Made by a program: the position numbers and the translations under genes. The notes below the pieces were generated by a model. That model made no database searches and was not told the DNA's origin. It saw only the letters and a list, made by a program, of their open reading frames with translations. From Cocleimonas sp. (GTDB lineage: Bacteria; Pseudomonadota; Gammaproteobacteria; Thiotrichales; Thiotrichaceae), in contig JAZGFW010000302.1 in NCBI GenBank assembly GCA_036479895.1, forward strand, positions 1-54,138: a stretch of 54,138 nt of DNA, read 5' to 3'. Below, piece by piece: positions 19,128 to 28,212 of the stretch. Each line of letters starts with the position of its first letter. Positions within the stretch are counted from its first letter, which is position 1.

Positions 19128-19478
19128 ATGGATGTAGACGAAAAAATAAGGCGTCAAATAAACGCCAAGGTAAGAGAATTATATCTTATTTCAGGTGGGG
19201 TTTCCTTAATTAACTATACAATCACGATATCTGAAGAATATGAAGCCAACGAAAAAAAATTATATCAAAAAATGTCATTTAATTTGGAGATATCCGCTTC
19301 TGGAACCAGCGAAGATAAAACTAACGTGGTTATCCGTTTTGGAGGAGATAAAATAATAATCGCTTTTGTAGAAAAATGGTATATTAAATTATCAGAACTA
19401 ATGTTTAAACTATACAAACTGGATAAGAAAATGGGGGCTAAAATATATCTAGATAAATTTGTGGAGGTAGGCGAATGA
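19128..19478 (+). CDS. Hypothetical protein
   Basis: Directly coupled in the operon. Confidence 0.65.
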   Translation: MDVDEKIRRQINAKVRELYLISGGVSLINYTITISEEYEANEKKLYQKMSFNLEISASGTSEDKTNVVIRFGGDKIIIAFVEKWYIKLSELMFKLYKLDKKMGAKIYLDKFVEVGE

Positions 19479-20503
19479 CTGAAAAAGATTTAGTAGAAGA
19501 AATCCTGGGAAAAGACAATAATGAATTAGACCCAAATTCAATGTTGATTTGGTGGGAGCTTACTAACAAGGTTAATGTAGCCCAACCTAAGACCCGTATT
19601 ATTCGATTGACAATCAATGAGGCTAGATCCGGGGAAGATTTTCTTTCTGAAAAAGTAAACGAAAAAATTATGGGTAAAATAAAGAAGTTAGTTGATGACG
19701 GTTCATTTAAATATCCTCTATTTATTAGAACAGACCTTTCTAGTATTAAACATGATTTTATTAATACTTGTTATATTGAAAAAGAAGAAAATTTGGAAAG
19801 AAACCTCGATAATTTAATAATGGAAAATAGATGTCTTGGATTTATGGGTGTCCCTTTCTTAGCTATTGTAATTAGGGAATATATACCCCTTGATTCTCGA
19901 TTTAAAGCCTTTTTTGGTCATATGCCTGTTGCCCCGGAAATCAGATTTTTTTATAAAGATGGAAAATTTGAATGTTATCATAATTATTGGCCTAAAGATT
20001 CAATACAAGATAATCCAACAAACGATCCAGATGAATGGGAAAAGAAATGGGAAGAAATGGATACTGAAATACATCAAATAGCTGACGAAGTAATGAAAGA
20101 TGCTGATAAAATAGCAGCCGTTTTAGATGGTTATTGGTCCATTGATTTTGCAAAGGCAAAAGACGGAAGATGGCTGTTTATAGATTCGGCACAAGGGGAT
20201 GCTTCATATCATGGTCCACATCCACTAAAATATACCGGACCGTTAGATATTAAAGAAAAGAAAATTTATACGCAAGAGGAAATGGATAATGCAATTAGAA
20301 ATATAAAATTTTCAGAAATGAAATTCGATTTATCAGAAGATATAGAATTTAAAATAACATATGAACACCAAGAGCATTTCGTAAAATTTATGCAAAAAGT
20401 TCTATCCGTTAAAAAATATCAGAAATTAGCTGATAAATTAGGTCTTGTTTTTGAATTCATGGAAGAGGACGAAGAAAAGATCTCCGGCAACATTCAATCC
20501 TAG
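19475..20503 (+). CDS. ATP-grasp enzyme (R2K-like)
   Basis: YPLFIRTDLSSIKH, IVIREYI, PEIRFF, WSIDFA..DGRWLFID. Confidence 0.78.
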   Translation: MTEKDLVEEILGKDNNELDPNSMLIWWELTNKVNVAQPKTRIIRLTINEARSGEDFLSEKVNEKIMGKIKKLVDDGSFKYPLFIRTDLSSIKHDFINTCYIEKEENLERNLDNLIMENRCLGFMGVPFLAIVIREYIPLDSRFKAFFGHMPVAPEIRFFYKDGKFECYHNYWPKDSIQDNPTNDPDEWEKKWEEMDTEIHQIADEVMKDADKIAAVLDGYWSIDFAKAKDGRWLFIDSAQGDASYHGPHPLKYTGPLDIKEKKIYTQEEMDNAIRNIKFSEMKFDLSEDIEFKITYEHQEHFVKFMQKVLSVKKYQKLADKLGLVFEFMEEDEEKISGNIQS

Positions 20504-20521
20504 TTATTATGGGTGATAAAA

Positions 20522-20740
20522 ATGAAAATCAAAGAATTAATTGAAAAATTGAAATCATGTGATCCTGAAGAAGAAGTTATATTAGCTAAGGATAATGAAG
20601 GAAATGGATATAGTCCATTGTCTAATATTAGTCATGACATTTATAGACCTGAATCTACTTGGAGTGGTGAACTTGTAGAATATGAACGAAATCGTAAAGA
20701 TGGAGATATTGATGTAGTTACTTTGTGGCCGGTGAATTAA
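20522..20740 (+). CDS. Conserved small phage protein
   Basis: MKIKELIEKL...KDNEGNGYSP...LWPVN. Confidence 0.7.
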   Translation: MKIKELIEKLKSCDPEEEVILAKDNEGNGYSPLSNISHDIYRPESTWSGELVEYERNRKDGDIDVVTLWPVN

Positions 20741-21262
20741 ATGAACGAAAAAGAAATTAGAAAATTAATACACGAAAATAGTATTTACATAGCAAATAAA
20801 TTATGCGATTTAGATCACGAAATAGTAAAATATTTCGTGAAAACTAATAATTATATTCCACCGGATTATGCATATGTTGATCATAATGCTGGACGTAATA
20901 GGAAGTTAATTTTAAGATGGATTGCTTTAGCAATTGAAGCACAATTTGCTGATAGTAATTGTATTATAATTACGGGGCATGATACCTATAAAGCAATTGC
21001 ATTAATTTTAAAAGGAACAATTTCAAAATCAAATATTATATTAAGTGGAGAATTGTTATCTCAATTGATCGATCAAGAAGTATCTGATATTCCCGTAATT
21101 GCAATAGATGGTTTGCTTAAAGATACAATTACTAGAATATATATAATAAAACAAGATAGTATAAAATATTATAATGGAAATTTAACATTAGAATTCTCAA
21201 AAGAACATAAATTAGGTATAATAAAAGATCTTCATGGAGGAGTAGAATTATTACTAAAATAA
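20741..21262 (+). CDS. Truncated HK97 major-capsid-protein paralogue (C-terminal part)
   Basis: YVDHNAGRNR / IIITGHDT / IPVI..DTITRIY / IIKDL are colinear with MCP YVDHNSDVDR / VLITGPN / YPII..DTLERIY / QLRDY. Confidence 0.7.
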   Translation: MNEKEIRKLIHENSIYIANKLCDLDHEIVKYFVKTNNYIPPDYAYVDHNAGRNRKLILRWIALAIEAQFADSNCIIITGHDTYKAIALILKGTISKSNIILSGELLSQLIDQEVSDIPVIAIDGLLKDTITRIYIIKQDSIKYYNGNLTLEFSKEHKLGIIKDLHGGVELLLK

Positions 21263-21468
21263 AATTAACCTGTTCTATAACGTGGAAAACAAATAAAGGA
21301 TCCAAAAGCGAGAAAGAAGATTTTACCATCGATACTGAAAAACTAGATAATAGTTCAGTCGCTTTAGAACAAAAAGAAGCATTTGATAATTTTACCAAAC
21401 TAATCGTTAAAAAAATAGGTAAAGACGAATATAATGAACGACAATCCAGCATCGAAGAATATGATTAA
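21259..21468 (+). CDS. Small protein with non-ATG start and PIP-like C-terminus
   Basis: 69-codon open frame without ATG, ending in RQSSIEEYD; ATA overlaps the upstream TAA (ATT at 21250 is also possible). Confidence 0.55.
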   Translation: MKLTCSITWKTNKGSKSEKEDFTIDTEKLDNSSVALEQKEAFDNFTKLIVKKIGKDEYNERQSSIEEYD

Positions 21469-21491
21469 CTATCTAGTATAACTATCTAGTA
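21466..21491. repeat. 13-bp tandem repeat at the convergence of the two arms
   Basis: taactatctagta x2. Confidence 0.85.
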
Positions 21492-21548
21492 TACCTATTA
21501 AAATATCTAATAAAGATAAAAATAACAAGTATCATATCGATCTTTTGT

Positions 21549-21806
21549 CTAATTAATTGGATATAATTCATTACTAAATATTTTGTCTTTATGCGGGTAA
21601 TATTTTGCGGTTAATCTCCCTAAATATATGAAAATTGATATTTTAAATAATGTAAATATATATGGGAAGGGGTCATAATTAATTTCGGTTGATGAATAAA
21701 TCCAACTTTGGTTCATGCGTAACCAATATGACCACACATCAATATTAAAATAATAAATACAATTAATGGCTAATGTTATTAAAACTGCTAAATATCTTTT
21801 TTTCAT
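21549..21806 (-). CDS. Two-TM small membrane protein
   Basis: Hydrophobic segments; last gene of the late arm. Confidence 0.6.
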   Translation of the reverse strand: MKKRYLAVLITLAINCIYYFNIDVWSYWLRMNQSWIYSSTEINYDPFPYIFTLFKISIFIYLGRLTAKYYPHKDKIFSNELYPIN

Positions 21807-21807
21807 T

Positions 21808-23970
21808 CTAATTATTTTCCAAAACTTTTATTCTTTGGTTGAGTTTTTTCATTTCTTCAATAATAATTACCGTCATTCTTGCCCTATAATCAATTGAATC
21901 GGGCCGACCTTTAATATCATAATTAATTACTTCAGGAAGAATTTCACTAATATCTTCTGCCATATATCCAAAAAGATTAATTTTTTTATTGGAAATCAAA
22001 TTAAATGTTTCTGGTTCAGGAAACTGATAAATAATTGATGTATCAAGTTCAAAATTTCCAAAGTTCTCTTTGTATCTTTTACTAGATGATGATTTAGCAA
22101 CCTGTCCCGCGGCGTCTATTTCAACGGCTGTCCCCGAAACGGTCGGTGTATCATTCATCCAAAAGGCGTTCCATCTATTTGAAGCACCCCCTAAATTAAC
22201 GCTATCAGATGAAGTTGGTCTAATGGCTGATGTTGATAATAAACCAGTTAACGTCGCAGTTCCATTAATAATTAATGCTCCAGAAGCTAGTTGTAATAAA
22301 TCGGTATCTGCGGTAATACCAATATCCCCACCGTCAACTAAAAGATTATTGGATAACGTTACAAGTCCAGCAGTACTTATCGTAATTGCACTAGCGGCAC
22401 TAGCGGTCGCTAATATAAGACTACCAGTTGTTTCATTTTTTATGACAAAATCATCATTTCCACTACTAGAATGACCAATAAAACCAGTATTGCCTCCTTG
22501 ATCACGAAATTGTATAACATTAGAAGGTGTTCCAGAGGTATTTGCATCTATTATCAAACCCGTACCACCATCATGATTTATAACAATATCTTGGTTTACG
22601 GTAAGAGCTACATTGAATATAGCTAAATTAGATCCTGCACTCACATCAAATAATATTGCATCGCTATCATCTCTATCCAATACACGGAAAGATCCTCTCG
22701 TTCTAGCATATATATGGCCACTATCCGCGTTATCTAAATATAAATTTCTTGTACCCGTAGCGGATATAATAGAAATCCACGAATCCGTGGTATCATGGAA
22801 AATCTGCATATCTCCTCCAGAGGCACTTCCTAATCCAATTATAGCATTATCAGGTAAATGTAAATTTTGGGTGGGTATGATACCAAACCCCACGTCGCCT
22901 CCGAGAAGATTAAAAACTATATTTTTTAACGTATTATCGGTATGTTGAGCTTGTAACCAACCAAAAGTAGAATCAGTTGAAATACCCGAAGTTAACGTAG
23001 TTCCTGTTCCTGTTTTTGCTATTTGGGATGCAGCATTAGCAATCGTTGTTGAATGGGTTACATTTGGATCTCCACCTGCGTTCTTTAAATGTAATAGAGA
23101 CGTAGGTGTGACACCAACCCCCATTTTCATAGCCGTTCCGGAAGCCGCGGATAATTCTAATGTTCTATTACTTGTATCCAAATCGAATAAAGTAAGATTA
23201 CTGTCATCTTGATCTATTATTAAAAATTTGTTTCTAAGATTAGCTTGGATATTCCCGTCACCCGAATTATTTTGAAGATGTATATGTTGACCATTACCGC
23301 TACCAGATTGAAATATCACAAGACGACCATTAGTTATAGTACTAGTGTTCGTTAACCAACTATCCGTCCCATCGTGATACATTCTTAAATCGTCGCCTGC
23401 ACCGGCGAAGAACCCCTCATTATCTGCTTGGTTTTTTGTACTACCTGTAACATAAACATCACCCGAAAAATAACCTCCATTCGGGGCATATATAATTTGA
23501 TTATTTATTTGATTAGCATCTAATATACTATCTGAAGTTCTAAGATATATCCAAGCCAAAGGTGTAGTATCAACCGGGGTCCATCCAGTACTTGAAACCT
23601 CTGGCAATTGATTACCGTCCGTTGTAATGTCACCTGAACTAGTACTAACAACCCCCGAGCTATTGATATATATCAAAATAAATCTAGCTTGACCCGCGGA
23701 CATTGCATTAAAAGCCGTGGATAAATCAATTTTAGTATTACTAATTGTTCTTTTTGCCCCGTTATTAAAAGATACCCCGGCAGCAACATCAAGATGATCA
23801 CCTGAAGCTGTTAAATCTGTTTCTGTATCTACGGTAACGTCGCAACCGGATACAACCTGATTTCCTTGACTACCCATGATTATTTCATTGATATCTTCGG
23901 CGAAATATCGATTATTACCAGATCCTGCAGAATGAAAATCCTGATAAAATATTTGTTTTCCAAAGGCCAT
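21808..23970 (-). CDS. Tail fibre/spike with C-terminal peptidase S74 intramolecular chaperone
   Basis: G/T/S/N-rich; MGVGVTPTSLLH and VGFGIIPTQNLH repeats; SSKRYKEN...GYMAEDISEILPEV..IDY...coiled coil. Confidence 0.88.
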   Translation of the reverse strand: MAFGKQIFYQDFHSAGSGNNRYFAEDINEIIMGSQGNQVVSGCDVTVDTETDLTASGDHLDVAAGVSFNNGAKRTISNTKIDLSTAFNAMSAGQARFILIYINSSGVVSTSSGDITTDGNQLPEVSSTGWTPVDTTPLAWIYLRTSDSILDANQINNQIIYAPNGGYFSGDVYVTGSTKNQADNEGFFAGAGDDLRMYHDGTDSWLTNTSTITNGRLVIFQSGSGNGQHIHLQNNSGDGNIQANLRNKFLIIDQDDSNLTLFDLDTSNRTLELSAASGTAMKMGVGVTPTSLLHLKNAGGDPNVTHSTTIANAASQIAKTGTGTTLTSGISTDSTFGWLQAQHTDNTLKNIVFNLLGGDVGFGIIPTQNLHLPDNAIIGLGSASGGDMQIFHDTTDSWISIISATGTRNLYLDNADSGHIYARTRGSFRVLDRDDSDAILFDVSAGSNLAIFNVALTVNQDIVINHDGGTGLIIDANTSGTPSNVIQFRDQGGNTGFIGHSSSGNDDFVIKNETTGSLILATASAASAITISTAGLVTLSNNLLVDGGDIGITADTDLLQLASGALIINGTATLTGLLSTSAIRPTSSDSVNLGGASNRWNAFWMNDTPTVSGTAVEIDAAGQVAKSSSSKRYKENFGNFELDTSIIYQFPEPETFNLISNKKINLFGYMAEDISEILPEVINYDIKGRPDSIDYRARMTVIIIEEMKKLNQRIKVLENN

Positions 23971-23982
23971 TTATTATTCTCC

Positions 23983-24324
23983 TTATTTTGTTGCGGTGAT
24001 TTTACGCACGACTTCATCAAATTGATTAGGAAAGGCCTTATGCAATTTATTATTCAATTCTAAGTCATCTTTAATTATTTGATCTTTTTCTTCTGTGGTC
24101 ATTCCTGGAATAATTATTTCGTATAACTTAGTTATTTCTATATTCTCGTCAGATAATGATTGTTGTAATTCATCTATTTCCGCTTGTACTTTTTGTATTC
24201 TTGCTAGATATCTTATTTTGCTATCTGCGAGTTCACTTAGAAATTGACGTCTATTAACAATTTTGGTTTCTGATTTACTGATGGCTATATTCCCATCATT
24301 ATCAATTAAAATTTCTTCTGACAT
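23983..24324 (-). CDS. Coiled-coil protein, paralogue of 30277..30594
   Basis: IDNDGNI...RQFLSEL...LHKAFPNQF. Confidence 0.65.
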   Translation of the reverse strand: MSEEILIDNDGNIAISKSETKIVNRRQFLSELADSKIRYLARIQKVQAEIDELQQSLSDENIEITKLYEIIIPGMTTEEKDQIIKDDLELNNKLHKAFPNQFDEVVRKITATK

Positions 24325-24503
24325 TATGGTTCGGTCCTCATTTGTAACAATATATGATTATTATTGCAATTATTATTTTTGCAATCAGCTCGAGTAACAT
24401 TTCCATCCTTATCGGCAATTAAGATCCAATCTTCCTTGCCACAAACATCACACATTACAACGAAATCTTTTTCTTTTTCGTCTAATTTGGATAAATTAAT
24501 CAT
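24324..24503 (-). CDS. Zinc-ribbon microprotein (not in ORF track)
   Basis: MINLSK...CDVCG...CKNNNC; TAATG coupling. Confidence 0.6.
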   Translation of the reverse strand: MINLSKLDEKEKDFVVMCDVCGKEDWILIADKDGNVTRADCKNNNCNNNHILLQMRTEP

Positions 24504-25030
24504 TATGGTTTCGCCTCCACTTTAATTACAGCCTTTTCTTTGATAATATCCTTCGGTTTATCTTTGGTTTCTACGGTCGTAGTAACATTTTCCTCTTTCA
24601 TAGCATCTAAAATTTCTTCCTTGGTAACATTTGTCTCTTCTTTAGTTTCGGATTCTTCTTCCTCAATAAGACCCAAACTTTGAATTTGTTCTTTATTCAA
24701 ATTCTCATGTGGATAAACTTCTAATATGACATCAATTAATATTTCTAGTTTGTCTTCAATATTTACAATACGACCATTCAATTCATTTTTATATATTTCA
24801 TTTTCTTGATAAAATTGATTAGATGTCCTATCAAGGGCTGATATTTTCTCTTTTGCACCCGCAATATCATCACTAAGGGCATTTCGAACATCCGTTATTC
24901 TATTAAATACAATAGCGTCATTTTGCGTTAATTGCTGGACGAGTTTATTGTCTTTATTTTTAGCCTTTTCAGCTATTTGTTTATTTTGTCTTATGAATTT
25001 TCTATCTTTGTTTTTACTTTTTTTTGTCAT
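24503..25030 (-). CDS. Coiled-coil hypothetical protein
   Basis: GGAG SD; late operon. Confidence 0.7.
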   Translation of the reverse strand: MTKKSKNKDRKFIRQNKQIAEKAKNKDNKLVQQLTQNDAIVFNRITDVRNALSDDIAGAKEKISALDRTSNQFYQENEIYKNELNGRIVNIEDKLEILIDVILEVYPHENLNKEQIQSLGLIEEEESETKEETNVTKEEILDAMKEENVTTTVETKDKPKDIIKEKAVIKVEAKP

Positions 25031-25043
25031 TTTATTTGCTCCT

Positions 25044-27602
25044 TTATATTGCTTCTCTAAAACTTATTCTGGCTCTTGTTTTTACATTTTCACCCGTTTT
25101 TTTATTCAATGGAGAGCCTAATATTAATCGAGCCATTAAATTATTATTTTCAAATAACCCCCATTCTGTTGCTGAAAAAGTTACGATATCGCCGTCTTCA
25201 ATTAAATTTTCAAATATCGCTTCTCCTATCCCAGTATCGTCTTGAGGAAATCCTGCTTCCATTCCTTGTCGGGTACCCGGCAAACTATCATTATCAAGAT
25301 CTGTATCGCTAGTTGTTACGGGTGTTGTTCCTGTCCCGTATTCCATGATAGTATTAGCGTTATTTAATGGATTTACTATCTTACCTTGGCATAAATCCCT
25401 CATAAGATTAAGAAAGGCAATCATCAATTTAATAGGATCATTATCACTAAATGCACTAGTTATTCTTATTCTAAATATCTCATCTGCGGATTTAGAAAAA
25501 CTAGATCCTAATACTACCCGTGCCATTAATATTCCATCTACCTTGAATCCTATTTCTTGTGCAGTAAATGTAATAATATCGCTATCTGATAAACTAGATT
25601 GATGTTCCATTTCAGCGTCACCACCGTCTCCGGGATATCCGGAATCCATTTCTTTATCAGTGCCTGAAATCGGAATATCCAATGCAGAATCTGTTATCAT
25701 TACCCCGGTTGTTCCACTTCCAAGTTCTATTGTTGTATTAGCAGCGTCGAATTTTGTTACTGCTTCACCTTGTACAATATCACGTAATCTATCAAGCATA
25801 ACAGTTAATGGTATCATATCGGTTGAAGTAACAACGCTATTCCAAGCGGTGGGTTGTGTATTCCAAATTACGCCGTCATCTTGTCCACTATCATTCCAAG
25901 TATAATTTAAATTAGTTTGTTTCTCAATAACAACACTTGGTGTTATCGCTGCTACTAAAAAAATATCCGCTAAAATAATTAATGGTAAAGAATTATTAAT
26001 ATTTCTTTTTTGTAATTGCCTTTTATCATATAATAAATCTGAAATGGTTTCATCATAATCAGGATTGTAAATATATACCTTAATAATCGTTTCTGGAACA
26101 TCTAACCAATGGGTTACACTATGAATGTATGTTAGTTGATTTACCCATCCTAATTGAGCATAATTAATTCTTATTAATCCTGTTCCTTGAAGATTAAGAT
26201 CCTGCGGTACTGATAAATCGCCGGGTATTATTTCCCCCGAATCTTTAGTTACCCTTGAATTAAGATATTTTCTTATTTGTGGTTCGGTAGTTGCATCAGG
26301 AACATCTAAAAATCCAGTACGCGTGAAATTATCGGCGATGCTTCCTAAATCCTGTTTTTTAAAGACTTGGCCAGCATCATCAATTGCATAGAAACTATTC
26401 TTTATTTTATGTTTTATTTTTGGAAAACTAGGAGTAAAAAAGTCTTCTCCTTCTGTATAATTTATACCCAGATCATTATTAGCTCTGGGTTGGAATCTCC
26501 ATTCTAAAGTAGGCGATAATCTTAAACTATGATTCTCTCTTAAAACTAATTCTTGCATTATTTCTAATGGTGTCATATAAAAAAATATATCATCATACGT
26601 TGTAGTAGTAGGATCCAAATTATAATTAAATAAATTTAATCCATAAGTATCTAAAAGATCAGCAATAATTACATCTGCGGTATTATTATTACAATCATAA
26701 GTTGTAATAGGATCACCATGTAATATAATCGCATAATCAACCGAATAAATATTTAAATATCCATTTTCATTAGGATGCCAATCTTCAACAATCCCCGTAT
26801 ATTTTCCTTCCCCGTTTTGAATTATTTCTAATCGTTTGTTTCCAGTAACTAATAATAGATTCACATTACTATTATCTTCGTCATCTGATATTTCCAATGA
26901 AGCAATATTAATTTGATATACATGATCTACGTCAGTATACTTTCCAATATAAAGATCATTTGTCAATACGTTTCCTTGTATTTGTAAACTAGGTGTGTCT
27001 TGACTTAGATTGTAAATATCGGCTCTTTCAATTTCAGTTAAAACATGATCATAGATACGAACGTCATCCATTTCACCATCATAATCTTGGTTACTCCAAT
27101 TGCCTAATCGAATTTGTGTTGCTGTAGTTGAAGATATAGCTACGGTAATTGTAGTTTGTAAAACATTTCCTTTATAATATCTTAAATCTGTCCCATCATA
27201 CGTTAATGTTACATGAGTTAAAATATCATTCGGAAAATCGGCATGAGCACCATAACTAACGATAGTTACACCATTACTAAAAATTCTTAATTCGTCATCC
27301 CCCGCTGTGGGTTTAATATAAATAATAAGCAAATCAGAAGCATTAGAAGCATGTCCACAACTATAATATACATTAGATGGTGCCCCAGGAGTCTTTAACC
27401 ATCCAGACAACGACCAAGCTGATAAATTGCTTAATTTTGCTAATGTTGATGGTAATGTAATATAATCCGTGGTTCCGTTAAATACCCCCGCATTATTAAT
27501 TTTCCCAGTAACAAAAGTGACACCATTATTAGTTCCATTTTTATTATTCCCTGAATAATCCAGAACATCCTTATCTAACGGATAATAAGCAGCCAAAGCC
27601 AT
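25044..27602 (-). CDS. Tail-tip/hub protein with N-terminal LamG (concanavalin-like) domain and duplicated C-terminal domain
   Basis: AYYPLD..LDYSGN, HVTLTYDG, YDGEMDDVRIYDHVLT; C-terminal repeat LDRLRD..NTTIELGSGTT / LNLMRD..NTIMEYGTGTT. Confidence 0.8.
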   Translation of the reverse strand: MALAAYYPLDKDVLDYSGNNKNGTNNGVTFVTGKINNAGVFNGTTDYITLPSTLAKLSNLSAWSLSGWLKTPGAPSNVYYSCGHASNASDLLIIYIKPTAGDDELRIFSNGVTIVSYGAHADFPNDILTHVTLTYDGTDLRYYKGNVLQTTITVAISSTTATQIRLGNWSNQDYDGEMDDVRIYDHVLTEIERADIYNLSQDTPSLQIQGNVLTNDLYIGKYTDVDHVYQINIASLEISDDEDNSNVNLLLVTGNKRLEIIQNGEGKYTGIVEDWHPNENGYLNIYSVDYAIILHGDPITTYDCNNNTADVIIADLLDTYGLNLFNYNLDPTTTTYDDIFFYMTPLEIMQELVLRENHSLRLSPTLEWRFQPRANNDLGINYTEGEDFFTPSFPKIKHKIKNSFYAIDDAGQVFKKQDLGSIADNFTRTGFLDVPDATTEPQIRKYLNSRVTKDSGEIIPGDLSVPQDLNLQGTGLIRINYAQLGWVNQLTYIHSVTHWLDVPETIIKVYIYNPDYDETISDLLYDKRQLQKRNINNSLPLIILADIFLVAAITPSVVIEKQTNLNYTWNDSGQDDGVIWNTQPTAWNSVVTSTDMIPLTVMLDRLRDIVQGEAVTKFDAANTTIELGSGTTGVMITDSALDIPISGTDKEMDSGYPGDGGDAEMEHQSSLSDSDIITFTAQEIGFKVDGILMARVVLGSSFSKSADEIFRIRITSAFSDNDPIKLMIAFLNLMRDLCQGKIVNPLNNANTIMEYGTGTTPVTTSDTDLDNDSLPGTRQGMEAGFPQDDTGIGEAIFENLIEDGDIVTFSATEWGLFENNNLMARLILGSPLNKKTGENVKTRARISFREAI

Positions 27603-27784
27603 TAAATTACCTCCGTGCTACTATTAAATTTATATCCTGAATTATAATCGGGGTTATTAAACCAAGTTATACACATAAATATATTATATATTGAATAGCA
27701 ATAGTAATAAAATTGATCAAGTAACATAGTTGAAATTATAATTAAATCATCCCCTGTAAAAGTACTATCCAATATTACAATCAT
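27602..27784 (-). CDS. Small hypothetical protein
   Basis: Fills the gap with TAATG coupling. Confidence 0.4.
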   Translation of the reverse strand: MIVILDSTFTGDDLIIISTMLLDQFYYYCYSIYNIFMCITWFNNPDYNSGYKFNSSTEVI

Positions 27785-27789
27785 AAAAA

Positions 27790-28212
27790 TCAGCTCAAAC
27801 TTATACTAGTAACGGCAAAATCTAGTGTGACTATCCATACTATAGGACCTTCTCCACCTCTTACTGTTTTTGTCAAATTTCTTAACATCCCTAGAACGGT
27901 TTCAATATTGCTATTTCCATAATCCACTGATAATTCAACTATTTCAGTAGAGTTTGGATTCCATCTTTCAACCATAAGTTTCCATTTAGCAAATGGGGAA
28001 GTTCCCCCGGCATTTGTAAGCATAAAAGAACTGGTATATTCCGCACCTGTGCGACCAAAGGACGATTGTTTTTGTGTTAATGCAGAACTACTATCTTTTT
28101 TAGGAAAATCTTTTACTTTATCAATAAAATTAGGATTATTAATATCGACTATTGCACCTAAAATCGTTGTAACAACGGTCCCGGATGCTGGTTGTTTTAA
28201 TTCTGTTGCCAT
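27790..28212 (-). CDS. Distal-tail (Dit)-like protein
   Basis: Position after the tape measure; size; beta-rich C-terminus. Confidence 0.55.
   Translation of the reverse strand: MATELKQPASGTVVTTILGAIVDINNPNFIDKVKDFPKKDSSSALTQKQSSFGRTGAEYTSSFMLTNAGGTSPFAKWKLMVERWNPNSTEIVELSVDYGNSNIETVLGMLRNLTKTVRGGEGPIVWIVTLDFAVTSISLS

Noticed and set aside
21132-21452. 106-aa - strand ORF
   Set aside because: Shadow of the + strand genes 20741-21262 and 21259-21468.
21808-27602. Diversity-generating retroelement or invertible fibre cassette
   Set aside because: No reverse transcriptase, recombinase or template/variable repeat pair recognised.
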